A stretch of DNA of 64,000 nt from Thermoplasmata archaeon (GTDB taxonomy: Archaea; Thermoplasmatota; Thermoplasmata; RBG-16-68-12; JAJISG01), in assembly GCA_046759985.1 (NCBI GenBank), contig JBHIDH010000003.1:2245-66244 (forward strand), in the 5' to 3' direction. Both the position numbers and the translations under genes were made by a program. Under the pieces are notes generated by a model. The model was not told where the DNA came from. It worked only from the letters and a program-made list of their open reading frames with translations, and made no database searches. Numbering within the stretch: the first letter of the stretch is position 1; the number at the start of each line of letters is the position of its first letter. Positions 36,833 to 45,513 of this stretch are shown piece after piece.

Positions 36833-37246
36833 TCAGGCGACCTCCATCCCGCTCGACTGCTTCCCCCCGCCCTTCAGCTTGATCATGGGCAGCGGAATGG
36901 GGGGCGGGAGTCGCAGGTCGCGTGCGATGACGACGGCCTCCTGGATGCAGAAGGTCATGATGGCCGTGTGAATCTGGCTAGCCACGTCTTCTGGCAGGTT
37001 GCCCGTCTTCTCCCAGACCTGGGGGAGGGTCGCGTCGCCCTCGAACTGTAGGCTTCCCTCGATCTGGAGGGCTCCGACCCCGCCGTAGTTCACGGTGAAG
37101 CGGAAATCCACGCCCGCGGTCTCCTCCAGGGGGTACACCCGCGTGACCGTGCTGTTGTGGGCGACCCGCACGTTCTGGAAACGCTCTCCCATCTTCGCGA
37201 ACCGCTTTCCCTCCAGGGAGGTTAGCTCCATGCTTTTGACGGGCAT
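36833..37246 (-). CDS. Hypothetical protein (137 aa); weak SecB-like resemblance
   Basis: ATG start. The end of the protein (CIQEAVVIARDLRLPPPIPLPMIKL) recalls the SecB-like chaperone C-terminal pattern. That is from memory only and unverified. Confidence 0.45.
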   Translation of the reverse strand: MPVKSMELTSLEGKRFAKMGERFQNVRVAHNSTVTRVYPLEETAGVDFRFTVNYGGVGALQIEGSLQFEGDATLPQVWEKTGNLPEDVASQIHTAIMTFCIQEAVVIARDLRLPPPIPLPMIKLKGGGKQSSGMEVA

Positions 37247-37359
37247 CCTAGGGGCGGAGAGTAGGCCGGCGGTATAAGCGTTAAGCCACCCGCAGGGCCT
37301 CCCGACGACCCCGCCGTCCCTCCTGTCGTTTATAGCCTGGGCGGGATAGCCGTGTCGGC

Positions 37360-38763
37360 ATGACCGTCTTCGTGGGACTCGATGACACGGACTCGCGACG
37401 GGCGATGTGCACGACCTTCCTGGCCACCGAGCTCGTGGCCCGCTTTCGCGAGCTCGGGTGGGACCTGGTGGGATACCCGCGCCTCGTCCGGTTGAACCCC
37501 AACATCCCGTGGAAGACGCGGGGGAATGGGGCCCTTTGCCTGCGTTTCGGGCGGGGAGAGGGGCCCTCTGTGCCGGTGGGGGCGTTTCGGGGGTGCACGG
37601 CCCGAGCCTACGAGGCGGCCCGCGAGGAGACCCCCGAAGACGCCCTGTATCAGGCCGCCCAGGCGGCGGTGCTACACCTGGCCGACCTGGACGACCCGAA
37701 TACCCAGCCGGGACTCGTGGTGACCCGCCAACGTCCCGAGGAATGGCTCTACTGGAGGGCAGTGCGTGAGGTCGTCTCCCCCTCCGAGATCGCGGCGGAC
37801 CTCGACCGCGCCGATTTCTCCTTCGCCCCGAAGGGGCCTCGGGGCCTGATCGGAGCCCTCGCCGCCCTTGCCTGGAGACCGCGCGAACGGACCTTTGAGG
37901 TCCTGGCGTACCGCGACCCCGCCCGCTGGGGAACCCCCCGCCGGCTCGCCTCGCCCGACGTCGCGAGGCTCGAGGAGCGCTTTCCCCGCACCTTCAACAG
38001 CTACGATGGGGAGGCGGATTACGTGGCCATCGCACCCCGCTCCCCGTGCCCCGTCCTGTGTGGGATCCGGGGAGAGGGGCCCGAGGAGCTCCCCGCCGCG
38101 CTGGCCTCGGTGCGCGGCGAGCCCCTGGATCGATGGCTCCTCTTCGAGACCAACCAGGGAACCGACGACCACCTCGTGCCCCGCCAGGTGGAGGACCTCC
38201 GCCCCCACACCTCGGCCATCCTCGAGGGGCGGGTCCATGAGACTCCGCGAACCCTTCCGGGGGGTCACGTCATCTTTTCCCTAAGCGACGGGGCCCGGGT
38301 CGATTGCGTGGCCTACGAGCCCTCCAAGTCCTTTCGCAGCGTGGTGCGTCGCCTCCGTCCCGGGGACCGAATCCGGGTGTACGGCGCCGTTCGCAGGGAG
38401 CCCCGCGCGCTCAACCTTGAGAAGCTCGAGGTGGTGGACGTGGCTGCGGAATCCGTCAAGCGGGGGAATCCTCCCTGCCCGCGGTGCGGGAAATCGATGA
38501 AGTCGCGGGGACACAGCGCGGGCTATCGATGCCGTGGTTGCGGGACGCGAGCGGCCTCCGAGGAGGCTCGTTTCGTCCGCCTTAGGCGGGGTCTGGCCCG
38601 GGGATTCTACGAGCCCCCGGTCTCGGCTCGCCGGCACCTCAGCAAGCCACTCAAGCGCCTCGACCCGCCTCACGAGGCCTTGGCGACCGCCCGAATGGAA
38701 TCCGCCAGGATGTCCATCCCCGTTTCCAGCAGTTCCTCCTCGATGGTCAGGGCGGGGATGTAG
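37360..38763 (+). CDS. tiaS: tRNA(Ile2) 2-agmatinylcytidine synthetase TiaS
   Basis: MTVFVGLDDTDSRRAMCTTFLA...RLNPNIPWKTRGNGA is the TiaS kinase-like N-terminus, followed by an OB-like region and a Zn-ribbon (CPRCG...CRGCG). The last 30 or so codons are antisense to the aminotransferase 3' end. Confidence 0.88.
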   Translation: MTVFVGLDDTDSRRAMCTTFLATELVARFRELGWDLVGYPRLVRLNPNIPWKTRGNGALCLRFGRGEGPSVPVGAFRGCTARAYEAAREETPEDALYQAAQAAVLHLADLDDPNTQPGLVVTRQRPEEWLYWRAVREVVSPSEIAADLDRADFSFAPKGPRGLIGALAALAWRPRERTFEVLAYRDPARWGTPRRLASPDVARLEERFPRTFNSYDGEADYVAIAPRSPCPVLCGIRGEGPEELPAALASVRGEPLDRWLLFETNQGTDDHLVPRQVEDLRPHTSAILEGRVHETPRTLPGGHVIFSLSDGARVDCVAYEPSKSFRSVVRRLRPGDRIRVYGAVRREPRALNLEKLEVVDVAAESVKRGNPPCPRCGKSMKSRGHSAGYRCRGCGTRAASEEARFVRLRRGLARGFYEPPVSARRHLSKPLKRLDPPHEALATARMESARMSIPVSSSSSSMVRAGM

Positions 38764-40001
38764 CGGATCACGGACGTGCCGCTGGGGAGGAGAATCAGGC
38801 CCCTCCGGAGCGCCTCCTCGAGGATCGCGTCGCGTGCCCCCACGGCGGCCTCCCTCGTCTCCCGATCCTTCACGAACTCCGTGGCCTGCATGAGACCGAG
38901 CCCCCGGTTGTCCCCCATGAGGGGCCACTCCTCCTTCAGCTCCTCCAGGCGCTTGTGCATCTTCGCTCCGAGGCGGGCGGCCCGCTCGGGCAGCTTCTCC
39001 TTCTCGAGGATGCGGAGCGTAGCCAGGGCGGCGGCGCAGGCCACCGGGTTTCCGCCGAAGGTATTGCTGTGGGCTCCCGAGACCCCGAAGTCCAGCTCGG
39101 CGTTGAAGACGAGGGCCCCGATGGGGAGCCCCGAACCCAACCCCTTCGCAATGGCCACGGCGTCGGGGATGACCCCCGCGTGCTCCACGGCGAACATGCG
39201 ACCCGTGCGTCCCAGTCCCGTCTGTACCTCATCGGCGATGAGGAGGATCTCGTGCTCCCGCGCGATGCGCGCGATCTCTTCCGTCCACCCGGGAGGCGGT
39301 ACCACGTAGCCCCCCTCCCCCTGGACAGGCTCGAAGACGAGCCCAGCGAGTTCCGCAGGCGGAACCACCGTTCGCAGGTACTGCTCCTCGATGACCTGGG
39401 CACACCAGATCCCACAATCGGGGTAGGTGAGCCCGTAGGGGCACCGGTAGCAGTAGGCGTACGGCACCAGGTTCGCGCCGGGCATCATGGGGAAGAACCG
39501 CTCGCGATGGACGCCCTTGCTTGAGCTCAGCGCGAGAGAGCCCATGGTGCGGCCGTGGAAGCCATTGAGAAAGGCTAGGAACTGCTTCCCCGGGCGGTTC
39601 CATCGGGCCACCTTGATGGCCGCCTCGATGGTCTCCGTCCCGGAGTTCGTGAAGAACACCTTCTTGGGAAAGTCCCCCGGGGTCAGTCGCGCCAGCGATT
39701 CGGCCAGGTCCACCTGGACCTCGTAGTAGAAGTCCGTCCCGGCCATGTGCCACATCTCCCCCAGCTGCGCCTGCACGGCCTCCCGGATCTCGTCGTTCAC
39801 GTGGCCCAGGTTCGTCACGGCCACGCCGCAGGTGAAGTCGATGTAGCGGTTCCCGTCCACGTCCTCGACGACGGACCCCTTGGCCCGCCGGACGGCCAGG
39901 GGTAACGTCTTCGTGGTCGTGGCGAGGAATAGTCCGTCCTTCTCGATGACCTCCCGCGCCTTCGGCCCCGGAGGGGGAACCTGCATATGGGGCGCCTGCA
40001 T
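38670..40001 (-). CDS. Class-III pyridoxal-phosphate aminotransferase (GabT / acetylornithine aminotransferase-like)
   Basis: PGPKAREVIEKD..., DEVQTGLGRTG and AKGLGSG (PLP lysine region) are present. I chose the ATG at 40001 as the first ATG after a CTTTTTAAC box. ATG 39986 and TTG 40016 are alternatives. Confidence 0.88.
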   Translation of the reverse strand: MQAPHMQVPPPGPKAREVIEKDGLFLATTTKTLPLAVRRAKGSVVEDVDGNRYIDFTCGVAVTNLGHVNDEIREAVQAQLGEMWHMAGTDFYYEVQVDLAESLARLTPGDFPKKVFFTNSGTETIEAAIKVARWNRPGKQFLAFLNGFHGRTMGSLALSSSKGVHRERFFPMMPGANLVPYAYCYRCPYGLTYPDCGIWCAQVIEEQYLRTVVPPAELAGLVFEPVQGEGGYVVPPPGWTEEIARIAREHEILLIADEVQTGLGRTGRMFAVEHAGVIPDAVAIAKGLGSGLPIGALVFNAELDFGVSGAHSNTFGGNPVACAAALATLRILEKEKLPERAARLGAKMHKRLEELKEEWPLMGDNRGLGLMQATEFVKDRETREAAVGARDAILEEALRRGLILLPSGTSVIRYIPALTIEEELLETGMDILADSIRAVAKAS

Positions 40002-40138
40002 GCGATCCGCTCGCAAAGTTACCCGAGGCGCGCGTTAAAAAGGCTCGGATGCCCCGCTGGCGTGGTGGAAGGTCTCCCCTGCAACGAGGGGCAGTTGCCA
40101 GGCAGGGTGGCGAGAGGGCAGGGGGGACGCGGTAGGCC

Positions 40139-40279
40139 TTAGCCCCCGATGCGGAAGACGGCCGTGCCACAAACGGGACAGGTTCCCTTGGTGGCGGGCT
40201 TGCCGTTCTTCATGGTGATTCGCTGGGGGTTTTGGACTGCTCGCTTGGCCCTACACTTCACGCAGTAGGCTTCAACCAT
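40139..40279 (-). CDS. Small zinc-ribbon protein (DUF5679-like)
   Basis: I trimmed to the ATG giving MVEAYCVKCRAKRAVQNPQRITMKNGKPATKGTCPVCGTAVFRIGG (CxxC...CxxC). A TTTATACA box lies upstream on the minus strand. Confidence 0.65.
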   Translation of the reverse strand: MVEAYCVKCRAKRAVQNPQRITMKNGKPATKGTCPVCGTAVFRIGG

Positions 40280-40366
40280 AGCTGACCCAGGCACGGCATT
40301 AGCCTCCCCTGTATAAAGCCTTCGGCGATAATTCCGGGTCTGGGCGCCAAAAAGGGCCTTCAAAGG

Positions 40367-40373
40367 TTATATA
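40367..40373 (+). promoter_or_regulatory. TATA box (TTATATA) for the eno-rps2 transcription unit
   Basis: An AT-rich heptamer about 55 nt upstream of the proposed enolase start. GGAGG at 40419-40423 follows as an SD. Confidence 0.45.
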
Positions 40374-40427
40374 CGCGGCCCGATAAGTGGCTCGCGGGAG
40401 GCTCTTTCGACCCTCCTCGGAGGCGGT

Positions 40428-41633
40428 ATCATCACCCTCATCGAAGACCTCGCCATCCGAAAGGTCCTGGATAGCCGGGGCAATCCCACCGTCGAGGTAG
40501 ACGTCCACACCACGAGCGGGCTCGGCCGCTTCGCCGCTCCCAGTGGGGCAAGCACGGGCGTCCACGAGGCCGTCGCCCTGCCAGAGGGGAACGTGGATCT
40601 CGCCCTGGAGCGCTTCGAATCCCACCTGGTGCCCAAGGTCCTGGGGCTCGATGCCGTCTTCCAGGAGGAGGTGGACAACGCCGTGCGGGAGGCGGACGGA
40701 ACGGCCGACTTCTCCTTCCTGGGGGCCAACGTGGCCGTGGCGACCTCGCTGGCGGCGGCCAAGGCGGCCTCCGACGCCCTCTCCCTGCCCCTCTACCGCT
40801 ACCTGGGGGGCATGACCGCCAATCGGCTGCCTCGGCCCTTCGGGAACCTGTTGGGAGGGGGAGCCCATGCGCCGGGGGGCACGGTCATTCAGGAGTTCCT
40901 CAGCGTCGCCCTGGGCCCCACGGTGGCCGATTCGGTGCAGGCCAACGCCCTGGCCCACAAGAAGGTCGGGGAGGCCCTTCGGGCGAAGCTTCCCAAGGCG
41001 GCCATTGGGCGCGGGGACGAGGGGGCCTGGACCGCGGCGATCGAGGACGAGGAGGCCTTACGCATGGTGGCGGACGCCTGTGGCACGCTTCAAGACGAGC
41101 TCGGGTTCCCCTGCCGCCCTGCCCTGGACATGGCGGCCTCCGAGTATTTCCAGGGGGGCAAGTACCGCTACCGGGACCGGGCCCTGACGCCCGCCAAACA
41201 GGTGGACTACGTGGCGGGCCTGGTGGACGCGTACGGGCTGTACGCGGTGGAGGACCCCTTGGAGCAGGAGGACTTCGCCGGCTTCGCCGAGCTGACCTCC
41301 CGCGTGGGAGACCGTTGCCTTATTATCGGGGATGACCTGTTCGTGACAGACGTGGATCGCATCCGGACCGGGGTGAAGGCCGGGGCCGCCAACGCCGTGC
41401 TCATCAAGCCAAATCAGATCGGGACCCTGACGGACACCTGGATGGCCGTGGACTACGCCCACGGGCATGGCCTTCGCACGGTCCTGTCCCATCGGAGCGG
41501 GGAGACCCCGGACGCGACCATTGCCCATCTGGCGGTGGCCTTCCGCTGCGAAGGCATCAAGACAGGCACCGTGGGAGGCGAGCGGACCGCCAAGTTGAAC
41601 GAGCTCATTCGGATTGAAGAGGAGCTGACCTGA
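40428..41633 (+). CDS. eno: Enolase (phosphopyruvate hydratase); the start codon appears non-canonical (ATC)
   Basis: The track ORF starts at GTG 40593. The same frame upstream reads [48 protein letters not shown], the indispensable enolase N-terminal domain. No ATG/GTG/TTG occurs in frame between the stop at 40329 and 40593. GGAGG lies 4 nt before ATC 40428. Confidence 0.9.
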   Translation: MITLIEDLAIRKVLDSRGNPTVEVDVHTTSGLGRFAAPSGASTGVHEAVALPEGNVDLALERFESHLVPKVLGLDAVFQEEVDNAVREADGTADFSFLGANVAVATSLAAAKAASDALSLPLYRYLGGMTANRLPRPFGNLLGGGAHAPGGTVIQEFLSVALGPTVADSVQANALAHKKVGEALRAKLPKAAIGRGDEGAWTAAIEDEEALRMVADACGTLQDELGFPCRPALDMAASEYFQGGKYRYRDRALTPAKQVDYVAGLVDAYGLYAVEDPLEQEDFAGFAELTSRVGDRCLIIGDDLFVTDVDRIRTGVKAGAANAVLIKPNQIGTLTDTWMAVDYAHGHGLRTVLSHRSGETPDATIAHLAVAFRCEGIKTGTVGGERTAKLNELIRIEEELT

Positions 41634-41634
41634 C

Positions 41635-42264
41635 GTGGTCGAGGGGGAAGCGAAGGAGAAGGGAGAGGCCCAACCCCTCCTGATCTCGGAGGACGAGTAC
41701 CTCACCAGCGGGATCCACATCGGTACCCAGCAGAAGAGCTCGGACATGAAGCCCTTCATCTACAAGGTCCGGACCGACGGCCTGTACGTCCTGGACATCA
41801 AGCAGACCGACGCGCGGATTCGGGACGCCGCCCGCTTTCTGGCCGCGTTCCAGCCGGAGGACATCCTCGTCGTGGCGGCACGCCAGTATGGCCAGAAGCC
41901 CGCCCGGGTCTTCGCCGAGACGATTGGGTCCAAGGCCTTTCCCGGTCGGTTCGTCCCCGGAAGCCTCACGAACCCCATCCTGCCCCAATATCTCGAGCCA
42001 AGGGTGATTCTCGTGACCGATCCCGCCGCGGACCAGCAGGCCCTCCGGGAGGCGGTCAAGGTGGGGATACCCGTCGTGGCCCTCTGCGACGCGAACAACG
42101 AAACCAAGTACGTGGATTTGGTGATTCCCACTAACAACAAGGGGAGGCGGGCCCTGGCCACGGTCTACTGGGTTCTGGCCCGGGAGTTCCTCAAAGCGCG
42201 CGGCGTCATCTCGGACGACAAGGAGTTCAAGCTAGCCATCGAGGACTTCGAAGCCACGCTCTAG
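41635..42264 (+). CDS. rps2: 30S ribosomal protein uS2
   Basis: [35 protein letters not shown] is the archaeal S2 signature. The GTG lies 1 nt after the eno stop. Confidence 0.93.
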   Translation: MVEGEAKEKGEAQPLLISEDEYLTSGIHIGTQQKSSDMKPFIYKVRTDGLYVLDIKQTDARIRDAARFLAAFQPEDILVVAARQYGQKPARVFAETIGSKAFPGRFVPGSLTNPILPQYLEPRVILVTDPAADQQALREAVKVGIPVVALCDANNETKYVDLVIPTNNKGRRALATVYWVLAREFLKARGVISDDKEFKLAIEDFEATL

Positions 42265-42272
42265 GAGGTCCC

Positions 42273-43088
42273 ATGCGACGGCCCGCGGTCGCCGGCCAGT
42301 TCTACGCCGCGGACCCGGAGGGCCTCGTCACGGAGATTGAGGCCTGCTACGCCTCCCCCCATGGACCGGGGCGGTTGCCGGGCCGGCTCGGCACGAAACG
42401 GAGCCTCGCAGGCCTCGTGGTTCCCCACGCCGGCTACATGTACTCCGGGCCCGTGGCGGCCCACGCCTACCTCGCCCTGGCGGAGGATGGACTCCCCGAG
42501 ACCTTCGTCATCCTCGGTCCCAACCACACAGGGTACGGGCTGCCCTTGGCGGTCGCCACGGACGACTTCCAGACGCCTCTGGGAGTCGCCAAGGTGGACG
42601 GAGCCCTGACCGAGGAACTCGTGGGGGGGCTCATCGAGCGGGACATGGAGGCTCATCGCTACGAACACTCCCTCGAGGTCCAGGTTCCCTTCCTGCAGCA
42701 CCTGGGGCGGGAGGTGTCCATGGTGGCCCTCTGTATGGGCCTCCAGGACTACCAGGGGGCCGTCGAGGTGGGTTCCCGGCTGCGGACGGTCCTGCGGGAC
42801 CGCGACGCCCTCATCCTCGCCTCCACGGACTTCTCCCACTACGTGCCCGCCGAGGTGGCAGCGGCCCAGGACCGACGGGCCATCGACCGCATCATGGCCG
42901 GGGACCCCAAGGCGTTCCTGAAGACCGTGGAGGGGGAGGGCATCAGCATGTGCGGCTACGGGCCCGTGGCGGCGGCGCTCGTCGCCCTGGGGGATGCCCA
43001 GGGGGAGCTCCTGAAGTACGGTCACTCCGGCGACGTGGCCCCCATGCGGGACGTGGTGGGGTACGCCGCAATCGCCCTCAGGACGTAG
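42273..43088 (+). CDS. MEMO1 family protein (AmmeMemoRadiSam system protein B)
   Basis: RRPAVAGQFY...VVPHAGYMYSGPVAAHAY...TDFSHY are family hallmarks. Confidence 0.88.
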   Translation: MRRPAVAGQFYAADPEGLVTEIEACYASPHGPGRLPGRLGTKRSLAGLVVPHAGYMYSGPVAAHAYLALAEDGLPETFVILGPNHTGYGLPLAVATDDFQTPLGVAKVDGALTEELVGGLIERDMEAHRYEHSLEVQVPFLQHLGREVSMVALCMGLQDYQGAVEVGSRLRTVLRDRDALILASTDFSHYVPAEVAAAQDRRAIDRIMAGDPKAFLKTVEGEGISMCGYGPVAAALVALGDAQGELLKYGHSGDVAPMRDVVGYAAIALRT

Positions 43089-43386
43089 ACGCGTCGATCC
43101 AGCGGAGGTAGTCCTCGGACCCCGTCTCCATGGCGTAGGCGACGACGCAGGGGACCTCGTAGGAGTGGGCGTCCCGGGCGGCCGCGATGGCCCGTTCCAC
43201 CAGGTCGCGCCGCGTCTTCATGATGACCGCGACCTCCTGCTCCTCCTCGATCTGCCCCTTCCAGCGGTAGATGGACCGGATGGGAAAGATGTTCCCGCAC
43301 GCCACCAGGCCCTCCTCGACCAGGCGGAGGACGATGGACCGGGCCTCCTCCTCGTTCCCTGCCGTCATGTAGAGCATGGCGTACAT
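43078..43386 (-). CDS. cutA: Divalent-cation tolerance protein CutA
   Basis: I trimmed to the ATG giving MYAMLYMTAGNEEEARSIVLRLVEEGLVACGNIFPIRSIYRWKGQIEEEQEVAVIMKT, the canonical CutA1 sequence. The remaining roughly 250 codons of the 350-aa track ORF are an artefactual extension. Confidence 0.88.
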   Translation of the reverse strand: MYAMLYMTAGNEEEARSIVLRLVEEGLVACGNIFPIRSIYRWKGQIEEEQEVAVIMKTRRDLVERAIAAARDAHSYEVPCVVAYAMETGSEDYLRWIDASTS

Positions 43387-43550
43387 GAGGGGGCCAGGCG
43401 AGTCAGGTTCATATGGACTCCCCTTGCCGGTCACGATTATTAGTGCTGTAGACACACCGACGCGCAATCTACGTCTCCGGATCGCCGTGTCTCGCATGGA
43501 ACGGCCTGCGGAGCTTACGAGATTGACCGGATTTGTGCTCGCCAGAACCG

Positions 43551-44048
43551 CTACACACTCTCTCCGGGATGCCTTTCGTGCTTGACGACCACGTCGTAGA
43601 AGAAGGCCGCCACGATCCCGCCGAGCAGGTCGACGTAGACGTCCTGCATCGCGTTCCAGGGGCTGTTGTAGAAAGCGATCAGGTCCAACCGGATCACGAT
43701 CTCTTCGAAGGCTTCCCAGAGGATCCCGACGGTCAACGCGAATCCGATGGGGATGCCCCATGACCATTGCCTCTTCTCGCCCAGGTTGAGGTTGAGGAGG
43801 AGGGCGACGACGGCGATGGCGCTGACGGAGTGCGTGTACACGTCGATCCGAAGATCCGGGTGGGGTGGGTTCCCGTAGAGGTCGAACTGAATCGCCAGGA
43901 AATGGAACGCAGGGGCCGCCGCTGCCAGGGTGAGGGAGATGACGACCCAGAGCATGTTCGTGTCCAGGAACCTGTTGAAAATGACCCGTCCGCGGTGCAC
44001 GTGAATTCCTAACGACGACGGCTCTGTCAATAAGAGTTTCGAAGACAC
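43551..44048 (-). CDS. Hypothetical membrane protein (4-5 TM helices)
   Basis: 165-aa ORF with a GTG start (ATG 43955 is an alternative). Hydrophobic helices are present, and the end DVYVDLLGGIVAAFFY faintly resembles VanZ. It lies in a lower-GC island. Confidence 0.45.
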   Translation of the reverse strand: MSSKLLLTEPSSLGIHVHRGRVIFNRFLDTNMLWVVISLTLAAAAPAFHFLAIQFDLYGNPPHPDLRIDVYTHSVSAIAVVALLLNLNLGEKRQWSWGIPIGFALTVGILWEAFEEIVIRLDLIAFYNSPWNAMQDVYVDLLGGIVAAFFYDVVVKHERHPGESV

Positions 44049-44396
44049 CTCGGGGGAGGGGGGCGGTCTTCAGGAAAGAGCCTGATGGGTAGTTATCGTC
44101 TTCTGGCCACGAGGGATGTTGGGCAATCAATCTCTACTTGGAAGATTTTCAGTCTGCGGAGTACGCTCTCGGCCAATCGAAGGCCTTCGTGATCGCGAAC
44201 AGAGGGGCCTGACGTTCCAGCTCATCGGGTGGACACCACCTGAGGGGGTTGGGCCCAGTTGGAAAGAGATTGCCTAACTCAGCCAGCGATTCATATGCCG
44301 GGCCAGCCCAACGCCACCCGTCCACGCCGGGCGGCGTACATGAGACTCGGCCAGTGAACCGAAACGCACAAAGCTGACCGCGATTCTGACTCCGCA

Positions 44397-44678
44397 ATGA
44401 GCTTCCTTGACGTGGAGACGTGGGACCGCATCCGGATCGCCAACCAGGTGCTCCAGACGCTCTGGGACTACCTGGAGAGTCGTGGCGAGAACGTGGACCA
44501 ACCCCAAGGCGATTCCGGCCTCGCGGGAGCTCTGTATTGGGTGGGCCAATGCCGAAGAGACAGGGAAGAGGGAATCGCCACGGAGAAGCTCGACGGCGTC
44601 ATTTGGGATTCCCGCCAGGCCGGCTGGGTTTGCGAGCGGCACGTCGTCACTCCCAATGAGGGGACCGGCGCTGAATAG
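44397..44678 (+). CDS. Hypothetical protein (93 aa), orphan
   Basis: ATG start. MSFLDVETWDRIRIANQVLQTLWDYLESRG has a G/C-rich third-position bias over the first half. It competes with two minus-strand ORFs, so confidence is low. Confidence 0.35.
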   Translation: MSFLDVETWDRIRIANQVLQTLWDYLESRGENVDQPQGDSGLAGALYWVGQCRRDREEGIATEKLDGVIWDSRQAGWVCERHVVTPNEGTGAE

Positions 44679-45023
44679 CGCGGACATCAGGTCGAGTCCG
44701 TCAACCTCTCCCGCACCGACTGACGTCTGTACATCCTCTCTGGTTCCGAGCATCCCCTCGGATCCCGTCCTTGCGGTTCAGAACCTCCACGGACTCCGAA
44801 GGTAGGGGAGGGACGCGACTCATCCTACCCGCAGGCCAATTGCAGGTCGGTAGAGGGCCTCCGTGGGCCTCTTTTCGGGGACTTTCGTCACGGCGGCGCT
44901 TCATCAGCCCATTTTGGCCGGATGGGCGGCGTTTCCGACCTCGAGCTGGACAATCGAGATTCCCGGGGGAGGGCTCTCAGGCGTGGAAATCGGTCCGAAC
45001 TCAAATAACGGCACCCTCCCATC

Positions 45024-45473
45024 TTGAATATCACTCGTGAGAACAGGCTCGCTACCCTTTTACCGAATCTCGGGGCTAACGCCGGTACGAGACCCTTGAG
45101 CGTCGTCACCTATCGGGAGATGCGGGAGGCCCTCGTCGCCGTTCTCGGACGCAAAGGCATGAGCCCTCCTGAGGTCGGCGAGCTGGCCGAGTACCTCCTC
45201 GGGTTTTTCGGGTACGGCACGGAGGTCGTGGACAACATCCTCCGGCCCGAGGACCGGGACGTGTTCTATATGCTGGAGGAGGAGGGACTCCTGGGGACCC
45301 GCCAGGAGGAGGTCCTGATCACGCCGGGCAAGCTCTGGCGACTCCACTACTGGATTCTCCGGGTGGATCGGGTCCGGGAAGCGCTCCGGGATGGGCGGGA
45401 AGAGAAGGAGGAGTACCAGGCCCTCTACGACAGCGTCGCGGAGGAGGTCTGGGTCCGCCGCGAGGCCTCCTGA
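45024..45473 (+). CDS. Conserved hypothetical protein (start uncertain)
   Basis: 149-aa ORF starting at TTG 45024, with ATG 45120 as an alternative. LAEYLLGFFGYGTEVVDNIL...LEEEGLLGT...KLWRLHYWILR is protein-like. I cannot name a family with confidence. Confidence 0.5.
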   Translation: MNITRENRLATLLPNLGANAGTRPLSVVTYREMREALVAVLGRKGMSPPEVGELAEYLLGFFGYGTEVVDNILRPEDRDVFYMLEEEGLLGTRQEEVLITPGKLWRLHYWILRVDRVREALRDGREEKEEYQALYDSVAEEVWVRREAS

Positions 45474-45513
45474 CTGGACAACCTTTAAGCCCGGACGGGG
45501 GTGTAAGACCGGA

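Noticed and set aside
44149-44753. Minus-strand ORFs of 82 aa (TTG start) and 159 aa in the second island
   Set aside because: They are mutually overlapping and compete with the plus-strand ATG-initiated 93-aa ORF, which has a better third-position bias. None has recognisable homology, so they are not called as features. The region is reported as a finding instead.
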